Shown piece after piece: positions 1 through 9,112 of a DNA stretch of 64,000 nucleotides; the stretch's first letter is position 1; every line of letters starts with the position of its first letter. This stretch comes from an uncultured Acidobacteriota bacterium (GTDB taxonomy: Bacteria > Acidobacteriota > Thermoanaerobaculia > UBA5066): assembly GCA_963779415.1 (NCBI GenBank), contig CAVZYA010000002.1:832001-896000 (forward strand), written 5' to 3'. The translations under genes were made by a program, and so were the position numbers. The notes below the pieces were generated by a model. That model saw nothing but the letters and a program-made list of their open reading frames with translations, had not been told where the DNA came from and did no database searches.

Positions 1-517
1 CGATCGTCGCCGCCTCGTAGAGAAGGACGATTCCGACGGCCGGCGCCGTTCCGAGGGGCGCCGCCGAGAAGAGAAGCGGAATGACGGCGACACAGGGATC
101 GACCGAAAAGAGGAGGAAGAGCGACCACGCCGTGGCGCGCGACGGGTCGTGGACGTGGTCGTAGTGGGGATGCGGGTGACCGTGGACGCGCTTCCCGACG
201 GCGCGCCGGAGGCCCCAGACGGCGTACGCGAGGCCGAATCCGACGAGGAGAAGGCCGGCCACCGATTCCATCCGCTGGCCGAGCCTTTCGAAGAGCTGCC
301 GCCCGAAGAGGAGGCCGAGGAGGCCGAGGAGCGCGGAGACGGTGACGTGCCCGAAGCCGCAGAGAAACGTGACGAGGGCCGTCTTCCGCGCCGCCCATCC
401 CTGAGCACGGGCGAGGGCCGCGAAAGGGAGCCAGTGGTCGGGCGCGAGCGTGTGGAGAGATCCGACCGAGACGGCCGCTCCCGCGAGGGCCAGGAAAAGC
501 TCGCCGCCCCTCTCCAT
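1..517 (-). CDS. Ni/Co transporter-like membrane protein (UreH/NicO-type), truncated at window edge
   Basis: Not in the ORF track; read manually from ATG at 517: MERGGELFLALAGAAVSVGSLHTLAPDHWLPF...CGFGHVTVS, His-rich loop VHGHPHPHYDHVHD, multiple TM segments. Confidence 0.7.
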   Translation of the reverse strand, partial: MERGGELFLALAGAAVSVGSLHTLAPDHWLPFAALARAQGWAARKTALVTFLCGFGHVTVSALLGLLGLLFGRQLFERLGQRMESVAGLLLVGFGLAYAVWGLRRAVGKRVHGHPHPHYDHVHDPSRATAWSLFLLFSVDPCVAVIPLLFSAAPLGTAPAVGIVLLYEAATI

Positions 518-591
518 GAAGCGCGGAATCTTACCCGAGGCCGAACTTCTCGAGACGCAAGGCGATTCTCTCCCACGCTAGACTCGGAGGG

Positions 592-2014
592 GTGAGGCGC
601 GACGGGGCGACCGAGGATCTGGCCGGGGGAGTCCTCGCGGGACGGATCCCCGCCGTCGCCCGCGCCATCTCGTGGGCCGAGGGGAGCGATCCGCGCTTTC
701 CGGAGCTGCTCGCACGGCTCTTCCCTTCGGCTGGCCGCGCGCGCGTCACCGGACTCACCGGCTCTCCCGGGGCGGGGAAGTCGACGCTGACCGCGGCACT
801 TGCGCGGCGCTTCCGCGCCGAGGGGACGCCGCGTCGGGATCGTCGCCGTCGACCCGTCGTCTCCCTTCAGCGGCGGGGCGATCCTCGGCGACCGGATCCG
901 GATGCAGGACCTCTACACCGACCCGGGGGTCCTGATCCGCTCGATGGCGACGCGCGGCCATCTCGGCGGCCTCGCCCGCGCGACGGCCGACGCCGTCGAC
1001 GTCCTCGACGCCGCGGGCTACGACGAAGTCCTCGTGGAGACGGTCGGCGTGGGGCAGGACGAGGTGGAGGTCTTCCGTCTCGCCGAGTCGTGCGTCGTCG
1101 TCCTGACGCCCGGGATGGGGGACGACATCCAGGCCATCAAGGCGGGCCTGATGGAGGTCGCGGACCTCTTCGTCGTCAACAAGGCCGACCGCGACGGGGC
1201 CGACCGCGTCGTCCAGGAGATCCTCCAGATGCTCGAGCTGGGGGAGCACGGCGCGTGGCTCCCCCCGATCGTGAAGACCGTCGCGACGAAGGGGGAGGGG
1301 CTCGACGGGCTCGAAGCGAAGCTGCGCGAGCATCGGGCATACCTCGACGGGCCCGACGGCGCCGCGCGCCGCCGCGCCCGGACGAAGATGCGGATCGAGG
1401 GACTCCTCGAGAGAAGAAATCCTCCGAAGGGTAGAGACGCTGGCGGGCGACGGAGGGGCGCTCGACGAGAGGGCCGCGCGCGTCGAAGCGAGGATGGAGG
1501 ATCCCATTTCGGCTGCGCGACATCTGGCCGGCCGGCTGAAGCACGAGATCGGCGGTGCGGAAGCGCATTCACCTTCTAAGAAGACCCCCGGCGGCCTCCC
1601 CGGTCTCGTCTCCCGGATCTCGCACCTCGGCATCGCCGTGAATTCGATCGCCGGCGGGGGCGCCGTCTGGGACCTTCTCGGCCTTCTCGAGGAGCACCGC
1701 GAGGTCGTCGAGTCCCAGAAGGTCGCAACCTCGTTCCGGAGCGGTCGGGGAGTCGCATCTCGAGCTTCTCGAGCCGACCTCACCCGAGAGCCCCATCGCG
1801 AAATTCCTCGAGAAGAAGGGGCCGGGGATTCACCATCTCTGCCTCGAGGTGGCCGACATCGACGCGGCGCTCGCGACGCTCAAGGCGGCCGGCGTGAAGC
1901 TCATCAACGAGGATCCCGATCGACGGCGCGCACGGCTGCCGCGTCGCCTTCGTCCACCCCTCCGCGACCGGCGGCATCCTCCTCGAGCTTTCCGAGAAGA
2001 AGAAGACGTCCTGA
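592..2014 (+). CDS. meaB: MeaB/ArgK GTPase apparently fused to methylmalonyl-CoA epimerase (several frameshifts)
   Basis: GLTGSPGAGKST, AVDPSSPFSGGAILGDRIRM, VETVGVGQ, VNKAD; then RISHLGIAV, GPGIHHLCLEVADI, AFVHPSATGGILLEL; stop TGA 2012-2014; frame changes near 830, 1412, 1740, 1785, 1920. Confidence 0.8.
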
Positions 2015-2049
2015 CCTTCCCTCCCGGCCCCTTTCGAAAGGAGCCTCGT

Positions 2050-2619
2050 GTGGCAGACGACGACGTGAAGGAGACACCGGGGCGCCTCCGGATCGAAGGG
2101 AAGATCGGTGCGGTGCGTCTCTTCGGCCTCCCGTTCCTCCTGGTCGGCCTCTGGTTCCTGATGCAGTTCCTCGGCGGAGCCCGGGACGTCCTCCGGGGAG
2201 AGGTCAATTTCGGCGACTCGGTGGCCGGACTCGCCGGCATCCTCCTCGTGGCCGTCCTCTTCGGCCTGACGGGCTTTTTGATCTTCTTCCTTCGCCGTCA
2301 TGCCGATCTCGACGCCGGGAAGCGGCTCGTCGAGGAGGTGAAGGACTTCCACCTGTCGAAGAGCGTCCGGTCGACACCCTTCTCCGAGTTCGGCGAAGTC
2401 CTCGTCCGCTGGGAGGAAAGCGGCGCCACCGGCGGACGGCCGCACGAGAAGACGATCTGGCTCGCCACGGTCCGTCTCGTCCGGACGGACGGAAAGGACC
2501 TCTTTCTCTTGCACGACACGAACGGCCTCGTCCTCCCTCGACCTCGCGCAGAAGGCCGCCGCGATCATGCAGCTCCCCCTCCGCGACGAGACGGCCGAGG
2601 CGGCGGGACGGAGGAGTGA
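2050..2619 (+). CDS. Hypothetical membrane protein with 2 TM helices; 3' end uncertain
   Basis: GTG at 2050 after AAAGGAG; hydrophobic LFGLPFLLVGLWF and GILLVAVLFGLTGFLIFF; possible frameshift near 2540. Confidence 0.55.
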   Translation: MADDDVKETPGRLRIEGKIGAVRLFGLPFLLVGLWFLMQFLGGARDVLRGEVNFGDSVAGLAGILLVAVLFGLTGFLIFFLRRHADLDAGKRLVEEVKDFHLSKSVRSTPFSEFGEVLVRWEESGATGGRPHEKTIWLATVRLVRTDGKDLFLLHDTNGLVLPRPRAEGRRDHAAPPPRRDGRGGGTEE

Positions 2620-2699
2620 CAGGTCCGCAGGCACGATCTCCCTTCTGGCCGCGACCGAAAGGAATTGCGGGACTCCGCGGATTCCTCCCCTTCGTCGAA

Positions 2700-3040
2700 C
2701 GGCGTCGCGAAGCATTGGACGGAACCCGTCGGCATGCCGGTTTCGTCCGTTCCACTCGAAGACGATCACGTCGGCGCCCGACGGGTCCACAGGGACGTCT
2801 CCAGCACCCGGATGAAGAAATCGACCGGATCCTTCCGCCCGACGGGATCCTTCGTTCCGCACCCACGCCTCGTTCTCGACGTAGTCGTTGTTGCAGGACT
2901 GGATCAGGAGCGTCGAATGACGGGTGCGGTAGAGGCGCGGGAGGAACTTCAACTCGCGCACGGTCCCGAATTGGGCGAGTCCCGCGCTCAGCACGCGCTT
3001 TCCGGTCGCGGCGGCCAGGAGCGCGGCGAAGGCAATCCAT
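2700..3040 (-). pseudogene. SGNH hydrolase fragment
   Basis: FAALLAAATGKRVLSAGLAQFGTVRELK...TLLIQSCNNDYVEN resembles SGNH blocks II/III; GDS block absent; ends approximate. Confidence 0.4.
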
Positions 3041-3082
3041 TTGCCGTCCGCGGAGCGGTGGAATAGGATCGAGTTTGGGCGG

Positions 3083-4669
3083 ATGATCATCACAGCAGGT
3101 AGCGAAACGGCTCGGCTCCACGAGCAATTCGCGGGCTGCGGGCGGTGGTGCGCCGTTCTTCTGTTCCTCTTCCCTGCGGTTCTCTCTCGGCCGGCGTCCG
3201 GCGAAATTCGCGGCGGCTATCAAGTGATGCCGTCGGACCCGCCCGGAGGAATCAGTCAATTTTCGATTGTCGGTTGGGCTGTCTCACCATGCGGGAAGCC
3301 CGACTTGCACATTCTCCTCGACGGCAAGTCATACGCCGTGCTCGTGCCGAATTTGCGATTGCGGGAGATTCGCGACCGGTTCCCCGGACTTCCGGGGTCC
3401 GACTCCGCAGGCTTTTGGGCCTCGATCGATCCTGCCAGCCTCCCGTCGGGTCCTCACACGTTCGAAATCCGGGCAGTCGAGGCATCTTGCGGAGAAGTGA
3501 AGCTCGGCGAGATCCGATTCGTGGCCCGAGCGCCGATTCCGGCGGCAGCCGCTGTCCCCGCTCTCGCGATGCTCCTGTTCGTCGTTCCCTTCTTCCTGGC
3601 TCAGTGGCTCCCGCAGGAGAAGGATGGCCGAGCCCCGAGGATCCCCCTGCTTCCGGTCAGCGCATTGGTTCTCGCGGGCTTGGCATCGACGATCGTCCTC
3701 GCCGGGAGGTTCGGAGAGACCCTCGTTGCCGGGAAGCCCGGACTATTTTCGCCGCTCGGAAATTGGGACGGCGAAGAGTATCTTCAGATTGCCCGGTACG
3801 GATACGGCGGGCCCGGGAGCCATCAGGAGTGGGGGTGGCTCCCGCTGTTTCCGGCACTGCTCCGCTTGCTGACCGTCATCCCTTTTCCGCTCGCCCTTCT
3901 CGGCTCGATTTTCAACTTCAGTTGCGCCTTTGGCGCAGTCGCGCTCCTTCGGGATCTCTATCCGGACCGGACCAAGGGTGTCCTTTTTTACATCCTGTTC
4001 CCGTCTTCGATATTCTTCGTGGCCTGCTACTCCGAGGCGTCGTTCGTGCTTCTCGCAACAGGGGCTCTGGCGGCCGTCAAGAGGGGAAGGCCTTTCCCGG
4101 CGTCGCTTCTCGGGGCGCTTGCGGCTCTCACGCGACCCAGCGGGTTCCTCGTCGGTCTCTTTGCGCTCGAGTTCCTGCGCGCGCGGCGCTGGCGAGATTT
4201 CGTGATCACGGCTCTCGGCCCGGTCGCGGGACTCGGCTTCTGGTACGCGCTGCCGTCACGATGGACCGGGGATGCCGGAAAGTACCTGCAGATCCAGCAG
4301 GGCCTCGGGCGAGACCTCACGTTTCATCCGGGCCGTCTTCTCGTTGTGCTTCTGACGCCGATCGCCCATCCCGTATATGGGGACCTGACCGGACTTCTCG
4401 CGCTCCTCCTCGTTCTCGTCGGAGCCGCGGCGCTCCTTCGCCGAAGGCAATTTGCCGAAGGCCTCTTTTCGGCCTTCGTCGTGCTCTTCCCGTTTTTCAC
4501 GGGGGGTTTAACCTCAATGGCACGCTACGCCCTCGGCGCCTTCCCCGCCCTCGTTGTTCTCGGTAGCTCCGTGAAGAATCGCCCTCTTCTCTACGCTCTG
4601 TGGGCCCTCGAGCTGGGACTCGCCCTCTACTTCGCCCAGCGGTTCGGGAGGCACTGGTACGCCGGGTGA
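3083..4669 (+). CDS. GT-C fold PIG-V-like mannosyltransferase with N-terminal extracytoplasmic beta domain
   Basis: NWDGEEYLQIARYGY, LPLFPALLR, FFVACYSEASF, ALTRPSG, SMARY; many TM helices; codon usage less GC3-rich than the flanks. Confidence 0.75.
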   Translation: MIITAGSETARLHEQFAGCGRWCAVLLFLFPAVLSRPASGEIRGGYQVMPSDPPGGISQFSIVGWAVSPCGKPDLHILLDGKSYAVLVPNLRLREIRDRFPGLPGSDSAGFWASIDPASLPSGPHTFEIRAVEASCGEVKLGEIRFVARAPIPAAAAVPALAMLLFVVPFFLAQWLPQEKDGRAPRIPLLPVSALVLAGLASTIVLAGRFGETLVAGKPGLFSPLGNWDGEEYLQIARYGYGGPGSHQEWGWLPLFPALLRLLTVIPFPLALLGSIFNFSCAFGAVALLRDLYPDRTKGVLFYILFPSSIFFVACYSEASFVLLATGALAAVKRGRPFPASLLGALAALTRPSGFLVGLFALEFLRARRWRDFVITALGPVAGLGFWYALPSRWTGDAGKYLQIQQGLGRDLTFHPGRLLVVLLTPIAHPVYGDLTGLLALLLVLVGAAALLRRRQFAEGLFSAFVVLFPFFTGGLTSMARYALGAFPALVVLGSSVKNRPLLYALWALELGLALYFAQRFGRHWYAG

Positions 4670-4821
4670 GGAACCGGCACCGGAAAGGCCGGGCTTGACG
4701 CCGCGGAGGCTTCTATTACGGAAGCGCGATCCGGAGTTCACGGAAGTTCTGGGCGGAATCGATTCCAAGACGGCAAGCAAAGACGGGCTGAGGCTCTTTG
4801 CCGGGCTGGCGGACCGGACAG

Positions 4822-5119
4822 AGAGTCTCTGAACACTGGACACGAACTTGATCAAGAGTCCGGTAACCTCGTCGAGACCTCGAGACCAGCGAGGGAGGCC
4901 TTCCTCGAGCACGGCCGCGGTTTCGTCATTGTCGTCGAGGGCCGGGACGAGCCGCGCTGCCGACTACGGAGGACCAGATCATCGGGGTCTTGAAGGAGTC
5001 GGAGACCGGGGCGCCGACGAAGGCGTTGTGCCGGCGGCATGGGATCAGCGAGCAGAGCTTCTACCGCTGGAAGGCGAAGTACGGCGGGATGGACGTCAGC
5101 AACGCCAAGAAGCTGCGGG
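4822..5119 (+). mobile_element. IS3-family remnant (OrfA HTH fragment, possible degenerate left end)
   Basis: TEDQIIGVLKESETGAPTKALCRRHGISEQSFYRWKAKYGGMDVSNAKKLR is typical IS3 OrfA; truncated, no OrfB; CTGGACAC near 4836 resembles an IS3 end. Confidence 0.75.
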
Positions 5120-5120
5120 C

Positions 5121-5456
5121 TCAGTTCGGCCGTGTCCCCTCGCCGGGAAGCGGGGGGCGCGCGAGGAAGGAGCGGACGTCGCGGCCGACGATGTCGAGGA
5201 AGCGCTCGGCGTAGCTCGCGACGCTTCCGACCCGCGCGTCCTCGAACATCTTCTCGACGCGGTGCATCGGGACGAAGAGGGTGGTGACTCCCAGCTCCCC
5301 CTCGTCGGTGCCGCGGTGCTGCCGCGCCCATTCGTCGAAGAGCGCCACGTCGATTCCGCGCAGGGTCACGCCCGCCGGTCCCATCGAGAGGAGAAGCCCC
5401 CAGTACTTCTCCTTCGGCTCGACGAGGTGGAGGAGAACGAGAGTGCCCGGGTCCAT
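5121..5456 (-). CDS. Conserved-looking hypothetical protein
   Basis: 111 aa, host-like codon usage, LHLVEPKEKYWGLL...GVTLRGID; co-oriented with upstream gene. Confidence 0.65.
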   Translation of the reverse strand: MDPGTLVLLHLVEPKEKYWGLLLSMGPAGVTLRGIDVALFDEWARQHRGTDEGELGVTTLFVPMHRVEKMFEDARVGSVASYAERFLDIVGRDVRSFLARPPLPGEGTRPN

Positions 5457-5461
5457 TCCCG

Positions 5462-6226
5462 TCAGAAGATGACGCTGTCGACGAAGAACTTCGAGGGAGT
5501 GGTCCGTCCGGTGACGAGCGCCTCGGCGTCCTCGGGGGAGAGCTCGAACCGGCCGGCGGACTCGCCCGCCGAGGTGGCGAGGTACATGTCGACCTTGTCG
5601 AGCGACTTGCCGAGGGCGCGCGATTCCTTCAGCCCGCGGGCGGCGGCCGCGATGGCGCCGAAGACCTGCTGCTCGGTCTCGGTGATCACCTGAAGGCGCA
5701 CTCCCTGCGGGATGGTGACGAGGCGGACGCCGCGAATGCCGGCAGACTCGAAGGCCTGATTGAAGGTGTTCATCATCTGGAGGTCCATCGCTCCTCCGCC
5801 TCCGGAGTCGGCCGCCTTCAGGGCCGCGGCGAGGCGGGAGGAGGTGTCGGCGTCGCCCGGGGGGGCGTCCGGCTGCAGGGTCCTCATGATCTTCTTGTTC
5901 TTCTTGATGTAGTCCGAGAGAGACGGCCTCTTTCCCCCCGTATCGGGGATCACCTTCGGCTCGTTAGAAGAGTCGCTGAGAACGTACGCCCCGCCGAGCC
6001 CTTCCTGGTTGGCCTTCATGGTCCGGGTCTCGTCGTAGTCGGCGAGGGCCATCGACTGCTGGGCGCCGAGAGGCGTCCGGAAGACGAGCCGGTTCCCCTG
6101 GACGACGGGCTTCTCCCGGGCCGGGATCCGCTGCCCGTCCTTCGTGTAGATCACGTAGTCGGCGGCCAGGAGAGCCGCCGGGAGGAGAAGGAGGATCACG
6201 AGGGCGAGCCGTCTGAAGTGAGCCAT
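5462..6226 (-). CDS. Secreted hypothetical protein
   Basis: Signal peptide MAHFRRLALVILLLLPAALLA-ADYVIYTKDG; RBS GAGGA. Confidence 0.7.
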   Translation of the reverse strand: MAHFRRLALVILLLLPAALLAADYVIYTKDGQRIPAREKPVVQGNRLVFRTPLGAQQSMALADYDETRTMKANQEGLGGAYVLSDSSNEPKVIPDTGGKRPSLSDYIKKNKKIMRTLQPDAPPGDADTSSRLAAALKAADSGGGGAMDLQMMNTFNQAFESAGIRGVRLVTIPQGVRLQVITETEQQVFGAIAAAARGLKESRALGKSLDKVDMYLATSAGESAGRFELSPEDAEALVTGRTTPSKFFVDSVIF

Positions 6227-6285
6227 GGGATTCCTCATTTGAAGTATAAACGTCTGACTCCGGGGGGAGCCGGAGGGGAGGACCC

Positions 6286-7299
6286 TTGCTCATCGTCATG
6301 GACCGGTCGGCGACCGACGAGGACGTCGGCCGCGTCGTTCGCGCCGCCGAGCGCCTCGGGCTGAAGGCCCATCCGATTCCGGGCGCCCAGCGCACGGCCA
6401 TCGGGCTGACCGGGAACAAGGGCGAGATCGGCCCGGCGGCCTTCGAGAACCTTCCGGGGGTGAACGAGGTCATCCGGGTCTCCCACCCCTACAAGCTCGT
6501 CTCGAGGGAGTTTCACCCCGAGGACACGGTCGTCTCGATCGGCGGGGTGCCGATCGGCGGGAAGAAGCTCGCCGTGATGGCGGGTCCATGCGCCGTGGAG
6601 TCGCTCGACCAGACGATCTCCGTGGCGAAGGCCGTGAAGGAGGGCGGGGCTTCGATCCTCCGCGGCGGGGCTTTCAAGCCTCGGACCTCTCCCTACTCGT
6701 TCCAGGGGCTCGGGGAGGAAGGGCTCCGGATTCTCGACGCGGCGCGCCGGGCGACGGGCCTTCCCGTCGTGACCGAGGTCCTGGACACGGCGTCCGTCGA
6801 CCTCGTGGCCCGCTTCGCCGACGGGCTCCAGATCGGCGCGAGGAACATGCAGAACTTCGAGCTTTTGAAGATGGTGGGCCGGACGGGGAGGCCCGTGCTC
6901 CTCAAGCGCGGCATGTCGGCCACGCTCGAGGAGTTCCTCCTCGCCGCCGAGTACGTCATGGCCGAAGGGAACCCGAACGTGGTCCTCTGCGAGCGGGGCG
7001 TCCGCACCTTCGCCGACCACACCCGCAATACGCTCGACCTTTCCGTCGTCCCGGCCGTCGAGCGCCTCTCGCACCTGCCGATCATCGTCGACCCGTCGCA
7101 CGGGACCGGGCGGCGGGACAAGGTGACGCCGATGTCGTTCGCGGCGGTCGCGGCCGGGGCGGACGGCCTGATCATCGAAGTCCACACCAAGCCCGAGGAG
7201 GCGCTCTCCGACGGGCCGCAGGCGCTGACGCCGGCGCTCTTCCTCGACCTGATGGCGCGGCTCCGGCCGATCGCGGTGGCCGTGGGACGGAGCGTGTGA
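6286..7299 (+). CDS. aroF: DAHP synthase, type I-beta
   Basis: AGPCAVES, RGGAFKPRTSPYSFQG, QIGARNMQN, DPSHGTG; N-terminal regulatory domain. Confidence 0.95.
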   Translation: MLIVMDRSATDEDVGRVVRAAERLGLKAHPIPGAQRTAIGLTGNKGEIGPAAFENLPGVNEVIRVSHPYKLVSREFHPEDTVVSIGGVPIGGKKLAVMAGPCAVESLDQTISVAKAVKEGGASILRGGAFKPRTSPYSFQGLGEEGLRILDAARRATGLPVVTEVLDTASVDLVARFADGLQIGARNMQNFELLKMVGRTGRPVLLKRGMSATLEEFLLAAEYVMAEGNPNVVLCERGVRTFADHTRNTLDLSVVPAVERLSHLPIIVDPSHGTGRRDKVTPMSFAAVAAGADGLIIEVHTKPEEALSDGPQALTPALFLDLMARLRPIAVAVGRSV

Positions 7300-8390
7300 A
7301 GCCGGCGGCGCTCGTTCTCGAGGACGGCCGGCGCTTCGTCGGCCGAAACGTCGGGGCGGACGGGACGACGTTCGGCGAGGTCGTCTTCAACACGGGGATG
7401 GCGGGGTACCAGGAGACGCTCACCGACCCGTCGTACCGCGGACAGATCGTCGTCATGACGGCCTCGCACATCGGCAACTACGGCCTGAACGACGAGGACG
7501 TGGAGTCGGAGGGGATCCAGGTCTCGGGCTTCGCCGCACGCCACTTCCCGGACCGCTTCTCCTCCGTGCGGGGAAAGCGGACGATCGCCGAGAGCCTCGC
7601 GGCGGCGAAGATCGTCGGGATCGACGGACTCGACACGCGCGCCCTCGTCCGGCACCTCCGGACGGGGGGGGTCATGCGCGGAGCGATCTCGACCCAGAGC
7701 GTCTCGGACGCCGCCTCCGACGCCCTCGTCGAGGAGATCCGCAGGCAGCCGACGATGGCCGGCGCGGCCCTCGCCCTCACCGTCGGGACGAAGGCGCGGT
7801 ACGAGTGGACGGCAGGGCTCCCGGCCGACGGCGAGCGGAAGCGGATCGCGGCGATCGACTACGGCGTGAAGCGGAACATCCTCCGGATGCTCGCGGCGCG
7901 CGGCCTTCGGCCGTCGGTCTTCCCGGCGGCGGCCAGGGCGGAGGAGCTTCTCTCGGGCGGGTTCGACGGCTTTTTCCTCTCGAACGGCCCCGGCGACCCG
8001 GAGGCCCTGCCGACCTGTGTCGAAACGGTGAAGGCGCTCGTCGCCTCGGGGAAGCCGCTCTTCGGCATCTGCCTCGGGCACCAGCTCCTCGGCCTCGCCC
8101 TCGGCGGGACGACCTTCAAGCTCAAGTTCGGGCACCGCGGCGCGAACCACCCCGTCCGGAACCTCCTCGACGGGACCGTGGCCATCACCTCGCAGAACCA
8201 CGGCTTCGCCGTCGCGACCGATTCGCTCCCGTCGCACGTCGAGCCGACGCACGTGAACCTGAACGACGGGACGTGCGAGGGCTTCCGCGTGAAGGACGCC
8301 CCGGTCTTCGCCGTGCAGTACCACCCGGAATCGGCGCCCGGGCCCCACGACTCGGCCGTCCTCTTCGACGATTTCGCGCGGCTTCTCTAG
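7296..8390 (+). CDS. carA: Carbamoyl-phosphate synthase small subunit
   Basis: GEVVFNTGMAGYQETLTDPSY, SNGPGDP, GICLGHQ, QYHPES; GTGA overlap with aroF. Confidence 0.95.
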   Translation: MKPAALVLEDGRRFVGRNVGADGTTFGEVVFNTGMAGYQETLTDPSYRGQIVVMTASHIGNYGLNDEDVESEGIQVSGFAARHFPDRFSSVRGKRTIAESLAAAKIVGIDGLDTRALVRHLRTGGVMRGAISTQSVSDAASDALVEEIRRQPTMAGAALALTVGTKARYEWTAGLPADGERKRIAAIDYGVKRNILRMLAARGLRPSVFPAAARAEELLSGGFDGFFLSNGPGDPEALPTCVETVKALVASGKPLFGICLGHQLLGLALGGTTFKLKFGHRGANHPVRNLLDGTVAITSQNHGFAVATDSLPSHVEPTHVNLNDGTCEGFRVKDAPVFAVQYHPESAPGPHDSAVLFDDFARLL

Positions 8391-8456
8391 GCGATCGGCC
8401 CTCCCAGGGGCTGGTACGATCTCCAGAATTCACGGCATGAAAAGGGGGGAGAGGGT

Positions 8457-8972
8457 ATGCGCGCTGGTAACGGGATCTCTTTCTTTCTCGGCGTCCTGAT
8501 CGCTCTCGCGGGGCTCGCGGCTCCGGCCGGCGCGGCGGACGGCACGGCGAAGGGGACGATGACCGTCGGCGGGAAGACGACCCCGCTCACGTACGCCTAT
8601 GCCTGGGCCGAACCGGGCTTCTTCGACAAGACGAAGGAGGACGTCCACGTCGTCCTTTCCGACGTTCCGCTTTCGTCGAAGGCGCTGGCGGACGAGTTCG
8701 AGCGGATCCACATGGCGGAGGCCGGGAAGCTCCATGCCATGGAGATCATCTTCGACGCCGACGCGAAGCCGATCTCGACGACGTTCCGATCCGACGGCTT
8801 CAAGGCCAGCCCGAGCGGCATGTCCTCCGAAGACGTCTTCGAGAAGAAGACATTCGACGGAAAGACGGTCGCGGGGCGATTCGCGAGCACGAAGCCGCAC
8901 GAGTTCTTCGACGTCGTCTTCTCCTTCGACGCCACCTTCGAGGTGCCGATCACCCGGAAGTGGAAGAACTGA
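8457..8972 (+). CDS. Secreted hypothetical protein
   Basis: Signal peptide ending AGA-A; host-like codon usage; purine-rich RBS. Confidence 0.7.
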   Translation: MRAGNGISFFLGVLIALAGLAAPAGAADGTAKGTMTVGGKTTPLTYAYAWAEPGFFDKTKEDVHVVLSDVPLSSKALADEFERIHMAEAGKLHAMEIIFDADAKPISTTFRSDGFKASPSGMSSEDVFEKKTFDGKTVAGRFASTKPHEFFDVVFSFDATFEVPITRKWKN

Positions 8973-9112
8973 CGCCGGCAGCGGCGGGCTCGCGACCCCC
9001 GGGGCCGGAGCGGCGAGAAGCGCGAGGAACGGGACCAGGAGAGTGAACGGCCTGAAGGGCGTGCGTCCGGGCATCGTCGTCCTTTCCGCGCCTCCCGCCG
9101 AATTCGAAACGA

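Noticed and set aside
7296-8390. carA without adjacent carB
   Set aside because: Separated carA and carB is common; carB is probably elsewhere.
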